Both the position numbers and the translations under genes were made by a program. Shown one piece after another: positions 8,662 through 16,719 of a stretch of 64,000 bases of DNA (position 1 is the first letter of the stretch; every line of letters begins with the position of its first letter). The notes under the pieces were generated by a model. That model was not told where the DNA came from and ran no database searches. It was given only the letters and a program-made list of their open reading frames with translations. Origin of the DNA: a virus; the IMG/VR virus record IMGVR_UViG_3300028024_000105, positions 32,811-96,810 of that record, one strand, 5' to 3'.

Positions 8662-8844
8662 CCCCTGCCAGCCGGTAAACCCGCAATCCCGAAAACGCCG
8701 TTAGACGCATTGCAGATAGCGGGTATGACCCGGAAGTCATCCCACTAGAATGCGCGCGTCCTAGACCCCTTTGCGGCCTTCCTGGTGCAGATTACGGGGC
8801 GGGGTGCTGGTCGTGCCAAGCCGTTCCGCCCTGTCCAAGAGTGC

Positions 8845-9567
8845 ATGGAAGACGAGAAGGCCGACCAGACGCCCACCGATCCACGGAAGCCCGTCAAGGC
8901 GAAAGACCTTGATTTCGAGGCGCTTGCAGACGAATTGACCCGCACGCCGGAGAAGGTGACCAAGCGCAAGCCCCTAGCGCAGCCCCTTGAAGGTCAGACA
9001 GTTGCAAAGGCCGACACTGGAGAAAAGAAGGGGGAAAAGGAGAGCTTGCCCACAGAGGGGACGCCGGGACGCGGGCAGGCGCCACCTAGGGCGCCCGGCG
9101 CGGACGTTCCCGCCCCCGCCGACCCCCCGCGAGCCCCGATCTTTCACAGCCTGGAGCCGATCCCCGACCATCCCGGGCAGATGCTCGCTGCCTCCGACCG
9201 GCTCACCGAGAAGATCGTCTTCCGGCTCAAGCAGCGCATGATGCAGCTCCTCGACCGCCTGGACGAGCTGTCCCCCTACGACCAGATCAAGCTGGCCCCC
9301 GAGATCCTCGAGATGCTGGCGCAGGCGCAGGACATGGCCCTCACGGCCCACTGGACCAAGAAGCTCGAGAAGGCCATCGCCGAGAAGGCTGCCCTGCTGA
9401 ACCAAGGCAGGGGCGGCCCCATGCTCAAGAAGCTGGGCGCCGTAGCAGCGCAGGTGCAGAAGGCCCAGCACGTGGATGGGCGTACGGTGCAGGGGCGCAA
9501 CAAAGCCCGTGCCCTGGGGCGCCTGGCCCCCGACGACCTACCCGCAGCAGAGGCGTCAGAGGGGTAG
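8845..9567 (+). CDS. late-motif hypothetical protein, possible terminase small subunit
   Basis: GTCCAAG-N5-ATG start; disordered N-terminus plus helical core; the TerS role is inference only. Confidence 0.4.
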   Translation: MEDEKADQTPTDPRKPVKAKDLDFEALADELTRTPEKVTKRKPLAQPLEGQTVAKADTGEKKGEKESLPTEGTPGRGQAPPRAPGADVPAPADPPRAPIFHSLEPIPDHPGQMLAASDRLTEKIVFRLKQRMMQLLDRLDELSPYDQIKLAPEILEMLAQAQDMALTAHWTKKLEKAIAEKAALLNQGRGGPMLKKLGAVAAQVQKAQHVDGRTVQGRNKARALGRLAPDDLPAAEASEG

Positions 9568-9697
9568 GCCCAACTGTCCCTATTCCCCTAGAATGCGGGA
9601 CAGTTCAGCTATCTGCAGAGCTGAAAAGCGCAGGGAAGCAGGACAGTTCACTACCTGCATTGTGCGACGTCCTACCTGCTTCGTCGTATAGCAGGAC

Positions 9698-9817
9698 ATG
9701 AAGCAGGCCACGTGCCCACGATGCGGCAGCACACACACCACGGAGCAGCAGGGCGGGATCATGCACTGCCTCGATTGCGGGGCGCATTGGATTCCGTCCT
9801 GGTCACTGTCCTGGTGA
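9698..9817 (+). CDS. 39 aa Zn-ribbon peptide
   Basis: MKQATCPRCGS...HCLDCGAHW; SD AGGA; CGTCCTAC at 9668. Confidence 0.5.
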   Translation: MKQATCPRCGSTHTTEQQGGIMHCLDCGAHWIPSWSLSW

Positions 9818-9826
9818 CCGGCGCCG

Positions 9827-9863
9827 TGGCACGGGAATTGCCCTAAAGCAAACGGCGTGCCAA
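9827..9863. promoter_or_regulatory. two convergent sigma54 (-24/-12) consensus sites
   Basis: + strand TGGCAC-GGGAA-TTGC (9827-9841); - strand TTGGCAC-GCCGT-TTGCT (9863-9847). Confidence 0.7.
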
Positions 9864-10030
9864 TCGAATCTCGAATCGCGCGAGGGGACGTGGGGGTGGC
9901 TCCGAAACAGCGCGCGGACCCCGGCCGCCACTAGGTGGCGCCCCCAAAAATCGGCCACAACATTCGAGGGGCCCTCTCCGCCCCCCGCCTGCCCGCTATC
10001 TGCATTTCTGACTGTCTATCTGCATTACCG

Positions 10031-10060
10031 GTAACGAATGGCTCTATGCCCCCGTCTTAC
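10031..10060 (+). promoter_or_regulatory. class I promoter GTAAC-N17-CGTCTTAC
   Basis: Motif followed by N4-ATG; two TATCTGCA boxes upstream (9997, 10017). Confidence 0.65.
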
Positions 10061-10064
10061 AGGC

Positions 10065-10268
10065 ATGATGAACACCAAGCCGCCGGTCGGATCGCCCGAG
10101 TGGGACCAGCAGTACACCTTGGGCTGGTCCGCCGGGCTCGATATCCTGCGCCTGGACCGCCGCGCCGCCTTCAACTGGGAGTTCGAGGTCTACCGCGCCA
10201 ACCGGGACCCGTCGGCCTTCGACATGGGCAAAGCTGACGTGATCTCGGAACATCGGGTTGGATTCTAG
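10065..10268 (+). CDS. hypothetical protein
   Basis: ATG 4 nt after the promoter motif. Confidence 0.55.
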   Translation: MMNTKPPVGSPEWDQQYTLGWSAGLDILRLDRRAAFNWEFEVYRANRDPSAFDMGKADVISEHRVGF

Positions 10269-10286
10269 GACAGAAAGGACACGACG

Positions 10287-10709
10287 ATGACGACCGAACA
10301 GGAAGTGACCGACATGATCGCGCGGCAGGTGATCGGCCTGCTGGACTCCACGATGGCGAACCTGCAGACCGCCCGGGAGAGGATCGCGGGCCTGGGCCCA
10401 GTGCTCGCGGTGCATGCACCCGGTGGAGGTCCCGGCCGCCCGTGCTTCTGCAACACCTTCGTCCGGCCGGAGCGCCAAGTCACCAAGCTGGCGGGCATCG
10501 TCGCCGCCAATTACGCGCGCACGGCCGTGCCCCTGGAAGGCACCCTGGAAAGCCTGCACCTGCAGCACCCGGTATATGTTCGCGAGGCCATCCGCAAGGC
10601 GTTCTTCGACGGCGTCCGGGCCGCTTCGGATCTGAGCGCCGCGCGCCAGAAGTGGCCGGACGATCCGCGCCATGGCAAGGGCGGCTATCACGACAACCGG
10701 AGGAAATGA
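10287..10709 (+). CDS. hypothetical protein
   Basis: SD AGAAAGGA. Confidence 0.7.
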   Translation: MTTEQEVTDMIARQVIGLLDSTMANLQTARERIAGLGPVLAVHAPGGGPGRPCFCNTFVRPERQVTKLAGIVAANYARTAVPLEGTLESLHLQHPVYVREAIRKAFFDGVRAASDLSAARQKWPDDPRHGKGGYHDNRRK

Positions 10710-10757
10710 TGTTCGAGAGATCGCGGGTCACGTCACGTACGAAGATGGGAGGATGAA

Positions 10758-11012
10758 GTGAGCGCAGGCTGCATTCCGAACAAGGCCGACCGCAAGGCGG
10801 TGATCTCGCGGGCCGTCGAGCACCTGGAGAAGGCTCTGAAGATCCTCCGCAAGTGTACGGAACCCGACAAGGCCAAGCGCGACGTCGAGGAAGCGTCCGG
10901 GCATGTCTCGCGCGCCCTGGGCGACTTCTACGACGACGGCACGGTCCATGACGACCCGGAGGCGCCCAAGCAGCCGGGCCTGCGCCGTCTCACCGAGCAC
11001 TACTTCAGCTAG
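10758..11012 (+). CDS. hypothetical protein
   Basis: SD GGAGG, GTG start. Confidence 0.6.
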   Translation: MSAGCIPNKADRKAVISRAVEHLEKALKILRKCTEPDKAKRDVEEASGHVSRALGDFYDDGTVHDDPEAPKQPGLRRLTEHYFS

Positions 11013-11245
11013 ACGAGCGCGTAGTGCCCGCCCCCGAGCGCCCGCACGTGCGCGCGAGCGACGAGGAAGACCTTGGGGTTCCGGGGCTTCTCCGGCGTGT
11101 ACTCGGTCTGGCACGGCACGCGGATCTCGACCGAGCGGGCCGGGATGCACGCCTGGGCGGTGTGGATGGTCCACGGCATGCCCGCCGCACCCTTGGAGAT
11201 TTCCCGCTTGTTCACATGAAGCCTGATCTTGCGTCTACGTTCCAT
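11009..11245 (-). CDS. small hypothetical protein (possible paralogue of 13718-13951)
   Basis: CGTCCTAC-N5-ATG start; IRLHVNK...PWTIHT...SVEIRVP..TEYTPEKP. Confidence 0.65.
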   Translation of the reverse strand: MERRRKIRLHVNKREISKGAAGMPWTIHTAQACIPARSVEIRVPCQTEYTPEKPRNPKVFLVARAHVRALGGGHYALV

Positions 11246-11278
11246 GTCCCGTAGGACGCTCGAGAAAATCGCAATTCT

Positions 11279-11307
11279 GTAACAATCATGCAGGTAGAGC
11301 GTCTTAC
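11279..11307 (+). promoter_or_regulatory. class I promoter GTAAC-N16-CGTCTTAC
   Basis: Near-copy of 18687-18715. Confidence 0.7.
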
Positions 11308-11311
11308 CTAC

Positions 11312-11530
11312 ATGAACAGAATGGAGACCAAGATGACGGAGGCCCAAGCCCTCAAGGAAGCCCAGCGGCAGGTCCACGGAGTGCTTGCGATCAAGAAGTA
11401 TTTCCGCCTGCGCTACGACGGCCGGAGCGCCGACCGCCTGAACCCCACGCACCACGTCCGGGTGTTGTCCACCCGCAGCGGGTTCCGACCCTTCACCCTG
11501 TTCATCACGGACACGAAGGTGGCCCGGTGA
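11312..11530 (+). CDS. hypothetical protein
   Basis: ATG 4 nt after the promoter; alternative start 11333. Confidence 0.55.
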   Translation: MNRMETKMTEAQALKEAQRQVHGVLAIKKYFRLRYDGRSADRLNPTHHVRVLSTRSGFRPFTLFITDTKVAR

Positions 11531-11709
11531 TGGCCCGCGAGGACCGCCGGAAGCTGGCGTTCGCCATCCTGTACACGCTGGTTCCCGTCATGCGCCGAGA
11601 CCCGGCCAACTGGGTGAACGCGGCCTACCGCGCACTGCACGAGATCAACTACACGATGGCCGAGACGGAGATCATGGTCCGCGAGTGGAAGAAGTCCTGG
11701 AGGTAGCCA

Positions 11710-11904
11710 ATGACCGACGCCGCCTACACGCGCACTGCCATCGAGGCGATGGCCAACAGCCTGGGCGTGACGCTGACTCCTCCGCAGCACCGCTCGGCCG
11801 CCAAGAAGCTGGGCATCTGGCTGCGGATGCGGCAGGAGCACACGACGGCCGACGTGTTGATCAAGTCCGAGGAGCTGGTCCGTGATCTGCAGGTGAAGTT
11901 GTGA
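11710..11904 (+). CDS. hypothetical protein
   Basis: SD GGAGG. Confidence 0.6.
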   Translation: MTDAAYTRTAIEAMANSLGVTLTPPQHRSAAKKLGIWLRMRQEHTTADVLIKSEELVRDLQVKL

Positions 11905-12225
11905 GCGATTGCAAGCACGAGTACGAGCGCTCGGTCTCGCTGGCGTGGGCCGGTGGGATGATCTGCGTCGTCTACCGATGCATCCACCGCTGCGGCTGGT
12001 GGATTTACGCGCGCTAGAGCGCGGATCGGCGATGCTTCGGCACGTACTCCCAGCCACGAAAGAAGCCGTGGGTGCAGGGTCCACCGAACATGGCCTGGAA
12101 AATCTCGCACATCACCGCCTGGGCGACGCGCTTGCGGGCCTCGTCGGTGATCAGCTCGTCGGCCAGCCCGCCCTCGAGAATCGGCACGCCGTGCAGCTTG
12201 GTGAGGCCGTGTCGCCTAGGTAGCT

Positions 12226-13137
12226 TCACGCCGGAGTCCTCATTCGCCGAGCAAGGCTGACAAACGCGTACGCTGACTGGAGAGGTACGACTCCGTTTCC
12301 GGCGCATCGAATCCGGTCCAGCCAATCGGCCATCCCATCATCCACTCCCAGAACAACGGGTTCTGTCCCAACTGGGAATAGAGAGAGGTCGGAATCGGGT
12401 CGAGGGGGGAATAGGGGTCCGTAGTCTCCCACTCCTCTATCGGAGGGCACGGACAGTCCGCCACATGATCCCCCCGATGGAGCGTGCACAGGAAATCCTC
12501 GCACATCTCGCAGCGCGTCCAAGGCGCGAAGCGCTTGCGGAACGCCCACGCGGCCCTGTCGAGCTGATCGAATTGCGGAACCCCCTCGCGCATGATCGTC
12601 GCCGGGGAGCCCTTCCAGTCGCGTGCGGCCGGAGTCGGCCAGAATGAACAGCCTTTCTCTTCGGTGCGGCGCGCCGACTTCGCGCGCGCTGAAGATTCCC
12701 GCTTCAACTCGGTAACCCAGCTCTCGAAGGTCTCGCCAGACGACGTCGAGCCCGAGGTTGACGTGTCCTGGGACGTTCTCGAAGAAGCACCGGGGGGGGC
12801 GAATCTCCGCGATGATGCGCTTGATGAAGGGCCAGAGATGTCGCTCGTCGTCGGTTCCTTTTCGGTCGCCGATGAGGCTGAACGGCTGGCAGGGGTAGCC
12901 GCCAGAGAGGAGATCCACTCGGTCGCGGTACGGGCGGCCGTCGAAGGTTGAGACATCGTCCCAAACAGGAGCATGATCCAAGACCTGGTCTGCCATCCGG
13001 GCCACGAGAGTGGCTGCAGCGTAGGCTTCCCGCTCAACGTAACCCACGCACCGGTATCGCTCTCCAAGAGCGACTTTGAGTCCGAGTTCGAGGCCACCAA
13101 CCCCGGCACATAGAGCCAGCCCATTCAACATCTCCAC
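12226..13137 (-). CDS. DNA cytosine-C5 methyltransferase (alpha-type chain)
   Basis: LCAGVGG (I), GGYPCQPFS (IV), FFENVPG (VI), GAPHRRERLFI (VIII), RIRCAGNGVVP (X); no motif IX in this frame. Confidence 0.92.
   Translation of the reverse strand: MEMLNGLALCAGVGGLELGLKVALGERYRCVGYVEREAYAAATLVARMADQVLDHAPVWDDVSTFDGRPYRDRVDLLSGGYPCQPFSLIGDRKGTDDERHLWPFIKRIIAEIRPPRCFFENVPGHVNLGLDVVWRDLRELGYRVEAGIFSAREVGAPHRRERLFILADSGRTRLEGLPGDDHARGGSAIRSARQGRVGVPQALRALDALRDVRGFPVHAPSGGSCGGLSVPSDRGVGDYGPLFPPRPDSDLSLFPVGTEPVVLGVDDGMADWLDRIRCAGNGVVPLQSAYAFVSLARRMRTPA
12240..13124 (-). CDS. alternative-frame ORF nested in the C5-MTase gene; probable beta chain carrying TRD/motif IX
   Basis: WPTPAARDWKGS...DQL...QNPLFWEWMMGWPIGWT; the true start is uncertain. 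Confidence 0.65.
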   Translation of the reverse strand: MGWLYVPGLVASNSDSKSLLESDTGAWVTLSGKPTLQPLSWPGWQTRSWIMLLFGTMSQPSTAARTATEWISSLAATPASRSASSATEKEPTTSDISGPSSSASSRRFAPPGASSRTSQDTSTSGSTSSGETFESWVTELKRESSARAKSARRTEEKGCSFWPTPAARDWKGSPATIMREGVPQFDQLDRAAWAFRKRFAPWTRCEMCEDFLCTLHRGDHVADCPCPPIEEWETTDPYSPLDPIPTSLYSQLGQNPLFWEWMMGWPIGWTGFDAPETESYLSSQRTRLSALLGE

Positions 13138-13149
13138 GGCAGCGCCGCT

Positions 13150-13668
13150 CTAGGTCTCGAGGTCGAAGGCGTTGCCGGAGAAGAAGCCCTGGATCTTGCC
13201 GATCAGCGGGCCTTCGTAGGTTCGCAGGTCGACGCCGGACTCCATGAACATCACACGGACTCGCTTCGCCTGCTCGGCCCACTTCGTGTCGGCGCCGACG
13301 TAGCGCTCGTCCCAGCGCTTGTCGACGACCACTTCGTAGATTCCGGCTTGGATGATGGCGCGAGCGCAGTCGGCGCACGGCGTGCCGATGGTGTACATCG
13401 TGCGTCCGCGCGTCTTGATGCCGTTCCGCGCGGCCTGATAGATCGCGTTCCGCTCGGCGTGCTCGTACCAGAGGTACTTCTCCGGCCGCTCGTTCCGCTC
13501 GGGGACGTCGTCGTTGACGTGGACCGGCATGCCGTTGTAGCCGGTCGAGATGATCTCGTGCTCGTAACCGATCAGCACTGCGCCGATGTGCGTGCTCGGG
13601 TCCTTGCTCTTCTGAGCAACGAAGTACGCCAGCGACATCAGGTAGGAGTCCCAGTCGATCTTGTTCAT
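13150..13668 (-). CDS. dCMP deaminase
   Basis: WDSYLM..A...A.KSKDPSTHIGAV, TGYNG, HAERNAI, PCADCARAIIQAGI; start fixed by CGTCCTAC-N5-ATG. Confidence 0.93.
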   Translation of the reverse strand: MNKIDWDSYLMSLAYFVAQKSKDPSTHIGAVLIGYEHEIISTGYNGMPVHVNDDVPERNERPEKYLWYEHAERNAIYQAARNGIKTRGRTMYTIGTPCADCARAIIQAGIYEVVVDKRWDERYVGADTKWAEQAKRVRVMFMESGVDLRTYEGPLIGKIQGFFSGNAFDLET

Positions 13669-13717
13669 GTTCCGTAGGACGCCTGGTCGCGGGAATGTCG
13701 AATCGGTCCAAGCCGGT

Positions 13718-13951
13718 GTGAAGAAGTTCATCGACGTCGATCAGCAGGCCATCGCGCGGCGGGACCCGTGCCCGATCAACGTGCGCGTGGGCGCGCTACA
13801 CCTGCGCGCGTCGTTCGTGGACGTCCTGGGCGCAGTGCAGGCCCGGTGCGACTACGAGCGGCCCTGCTCGTTCGGCGCTCGCGTGTGGGTGGAGACCGAA
13901 GGGCCGGTTGTGTTCTGGGATTCGTCAGGAGAGCCGACGCTTCTTTCCTGA
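13718..13951 (+). CDS. small conserved phage protein
   Basis: GTCCAAG-N5-GTG start; ...PCSFGARVWVETEGPV. Confidence 0.65.
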   Translation: MKKFIDVDQQAIARRDPCPINVRVGALHLRASFVDVLGAVQARCDYERPCSFGARVWVETEGPVVFWDSSGEPTLLS

Positions 13952-13980
13952 AATGCTCGGGACGGCGCGTCCTACGAAAC

Positions 13981-14210
13981 GAGCGAGAAGCCGACGTAAC
14001 CCGGGGCTGCACCTGTACGTAGCTGCGCACCGTACAGCAGGGCCTGCCAATACCGGGGTACATCGCTCAAAGACAGCTCGTCGGGCGCGAACGCGGGCGA
14101 AAACGGCCGTAGCGTGACAGCCGGAGAGACGGCAAAAATTCGCCCTGGTGGTGGCTTTCTGCTGCTTCACCACCTTCGCCGCGTTGGAAGCCGAGCAGCG
14201 TCACGACGCG
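13981..14210 (+). ncRNA. candidate structured ncRNA or long structured leader
   Basis: Starts exactly at the +1 predicted from CGTCCTAC (13968-13975); nested helices GAGCGA/TCGCTC, CTGTACG/CGTACAG, AACGCGG/CCGCGTT, GGTGGTG/CACCACC. Confidence 0.6.
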
Positions 14211-14245
14211 GACAGGGTTGGAATCGTGGAAACGGAGTAGTGGTC

Positions 14246-14440
14246 ATGGGCGTCCCATCAACCGATGCCAAACCACCGTGCAGCGAATGCGGGAAGCCCT
14301 CCATTTCGATGTGTCCGTACTGCAAGCTCTACGTCCATCAGGGTTTCGGCCTACACAACGGCAACTGCAGCGGAAAGCACGAGGCCAAGTGCTCCGGGGC
14401 TCGATGGTCCCGCGATTCCGACCAGTCCAAGCAGGTGTGA
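14246..14440 (+). CDS. small Zn-finger protein
   Basis: CSECG..CPYC...H...C..HE.KC; SD GGAG. Confidence 0.6.
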   Translation: MGVPSTDAKPPCSECGKPSISMCPYCKLYVHQGFGLHNGNCSGKHEAKCSGARWSRDSDQSKQV

Positions 14441-15363
14441 TCCATCTCCAGCGTCCGGACGACTTTCTGAAGGACTACGACGAGTCCAAGCACCCGCGCG
14501 ACGAGCGCGGACGTTGGGCATCGGGCGGCAGCGGAGGGGCATCGAGTCCGGACATCTCGCCTGGCTCGCGCACCCTCCCTTCCGTCATGCGGGAGGCGAG
14601 CGGACACCCCAACAAGGTGGACATCGAGCGCCTGGGCGACGAGACCACGAGCGTCGGCACGGTCTACAAGGCCACCTTCAAGGACGGCAGCAAGGCCGTC
14701 TACAAACCCGAGAAGGGGAACGGCTACACGACCACGGGCTTGGACGAGCAGGACAACGAAGTTCAGGTCAAGCTCCGGCGCGACATGGACACCAGCGTGC
14801 CCCAGTACAAGAAGGAGCTGGCCACGATGGAGATTGACCGGGAACTCGGATTCAACCGAGTGCCGCACGTTGAGGTCGTGGATTACGGCCACGGGCTCGG
14901 GCATGCGCAGGCGTTCATCGAGGGCGAGGTCGCGGCCAATGTCGACTACAACACGGTGTCCAACGACGTGTTGACGGGCGCGAGCATGCAGCAGGTCGCA
15001 GCCCTAGACATGATCACCGGGAACACGGACCGGCACTTCGGAAACTTCATGCTGGGCCGGGACGACGATCAGTGGTACGCCATCGACAACGGTCTGACGT
15101 TCCCCGACAAGAACGGCCAGTTCAACAGCGTGCCGGTCCGGACGTTGGGCAAGGGCGGTGTCTCGATCCACGAGAGCGTGAAGGCGTCGCTCGCGAAGTT
15201 CACGCCGGAGAAGCTCGACGTCATCATGTCGCGCAACGGTATCGGCAAAGCCGCGCGCGAGCAGGCGAAGGCTCGCCTGAACATATTGAAGACCAAGAGT
15301 ACCTGGACGGGCGTGGCGCATGAGATGATCGCCTACAACCCCTCAAATGGAATTGAGTTCTGA
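14437..15363 (+). CDS. PI3/4-kinase-like (HipA-related fold) kinase with N-terminal HPR peptide
   Basis: AVYKP, KKELA, LGFNRVP, AQAFIEG, LDMITGNTDRHFGNFM, AIDNGLTFP; GTCCAAG-N5-GTG start. Confidence 0.85.
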   Translation: MIHLQRPDDFLKDYDESKHPRDERGRWASGGSGGASSPDISPGSRTLPSVMREASGHPNKVDIERLGDETTSVGTVYKATFKDGSKAVYKPEKGNGYTTTGLDEQDNEVQVKLRRDMDTSVPQYKKELATMEIDRELGFNRVPHVEVVDYGHGLGHAQAFIEGEVAANVDYNTVSNDVLTGASMQQVAALDMITGNTDRHFGNFMLGRDDDQWYAIDNGLTFPDKNGQFNSVPVRTLGKGGVSIHESVKASLAKFTPEKLDVIMSRNGIGKAAREQAKARLNILKTKSTWTGVAHEMIAYNPSNGIEF

Positions 15364-15370
15364 GGGCACA

Positions 15371-15625
15371 ATGCTTCGAGGCGTTCGAGTCAAGGTCCTG
15401 GAGTCACGGGGGCAGCGCACCCTCTCCGAGTACATGCTCGCGGGAGACCGCGCAGTCCTGACGTCCGGCAAGCCCATCCCGACCCTTTCGATCTCCGCTG
15501 CCGATGCCGCCCTAGCCCCCGGCCTGGTCGCCCGCGTCTACACGCCCGACGACGGCAAGTGGTTCCTCCGTGCGCTGCTCGTCACCTTCAAATCCGGCTC
15601 TCGGATGCTGGCCGAGCGCTTCTAG
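15371..15625 (+). CDS. hypothetical protein downstream of the kinase
   Basis: SD GAGGG; 84 aa. Confidence 0.6.
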   Translation: MLRGVRVKVLESRGQRTLSEYMLAGDRAVLTSGKPIPTLSISAADAALAPGLVARVYTPDDGKWFLRALLVTFKSGSRMLAERF

Positions 15626-15645
15626 CCCGACCGGTCCAAGGGTAC

Positions 15646-16461
15646 GTGATCCATTTCACGTATCCGGACGGCTACTTCGAGAAGCGGCGCGACCTGACCA
15701 TCGGAAAGGTCGGTTACTGGGACGAACAGCAGCATCCGCGCGCCGAGGACGGCAAGTTCACGGACGGATCTGGCGGCGCCACGTCGAGCGACGGTCCGGG
15801 TATCCCGAGTTCGGCCGCAGGTGCGGCGCTCGTGAGTCGGGCCGGACAGATGCCCAACTACGAGAGCGTCGCCGACTTTGCGGCGGCTCGAGAGTACATG
15901 GGCAAGCTGGGCACGAACCTGCTGGTGCTGAACGGTGCGAATCCCTCAGACGTTCGTGTCGCGATGCAGTCGACACGTGACTTCATTGAGAAGACCGGCC
16001 TGTCGCCCGAGCGTCTGTACGTGACAACCGACCAATTTATGGTCGACCGCTTCGGCGCACCCACGGCAGACTTGGCTCAGGCTCTGTACGATCCGCAGAC
16101 CCGTGCTGTCATGTCGTCGAAGCTGACCGCACTTTCGGCGAAGCCTACTCAGCCCGGCGGATTCACCATCGGCGAGGACGGATTCAACGAGGCGCAGACG
16201 GCTCTGTGGCACGAGTTCGGTCACTCCGTGCACTTCACGGCCCACGTGGGTTCGCCTGGTCGAGTCCCGCCCAATTTCCGAGGGGCGGTAGAATCGCATT
16301 TGGTTGGAACGTTCAAGGCTCAGGGCATGTCAGACTACGGAGTGACCATGCGAGCCGAGTTCGTGGCCGAGTACGTGTCCGGCCGCATGATGGGCCGCAA
16401 GTTCGGACCGGCGGTCCACGAGGCGTATATCCGATACGGTGGCCCGAAGTTGGGAGACTAA
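15646..16461 (+). CDS. zincin-like metallopeptidase with N-terminal HPR peptide
   Basis: WHEFGHSVH (HExxH), then SDYGVTMRAEFVAE; GTCCAAG-N5-GTG start. Confidence 0.8.
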   Translation: MIHFTYPDGYFEKRRDLTIGKVGYWDEQQHPRAEDGKFTDGSGGATSSDGPGIPSSAAGAALVSRAGQMPNYESVADFAAAREYMGKLGTNLLVLNGANPSDVRVAMQSTRDFIEKTGLSPERLYVTTDQFMVDRFGAPTADLAQALYDPQTRAVMSSKLTALSAKPTQPGGFTIGEDGFNEAQTALWHEFGHSVHFTAHVGSPGRVPPNFRGAVESHLVGTFKAQGMSDYGVTMRAEFVAEYVSGRMMGRKFGPAVHEAYIRYGGPKLGD

Positions 16462-16462
16462 G

Positions 16463-16582
16463 ATGACGCCGAACAAGCCGTTGACCCCCGAGCAGGTCCA
16501 GCAGGTCTGGGACAAGATCGAGCAGGCCAAGCCCGATCTGCCCGAGAACTCCAAGGACAAGCCGGACCAGCCCAAGCCATAG
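16463..16582 (+). CDS. 39 aa peptide downstream of the peptidase
   Basis: MTPNKPLTPEQVQQVWDKIEQAKPDLPENSKDKPDQPKP; SD GGAG. Confidence 0.5.
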   Translation: MTPNKPLTPEQVQQVWDKIEQAKPDLPENSKDKPDQPKP

Positions 16583-16604
16583 TCAGCAGACCTTTCTGTT
16601 CTAA

Positions 16605-16642
16605 CCCCGCCGGGAACTTATCGAGACCCGGCGGGGTTTTTT
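16605..16642 (+). terminator. intrinsic terminator with a 12-nt conserved loop
   Basis: CCCCGCCGGG-aacttatcgaga-CCCGGCGGGG-TTTTTT. Confidence 0.85.
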
Positions 16643-16719
16643 ATTTTCTATATTCCGAATCATTCAAGATCCCTTCGACCGCGCGTCCTACGGGACATGA
16701 CGGTAGAAAGGAAAGAGGA

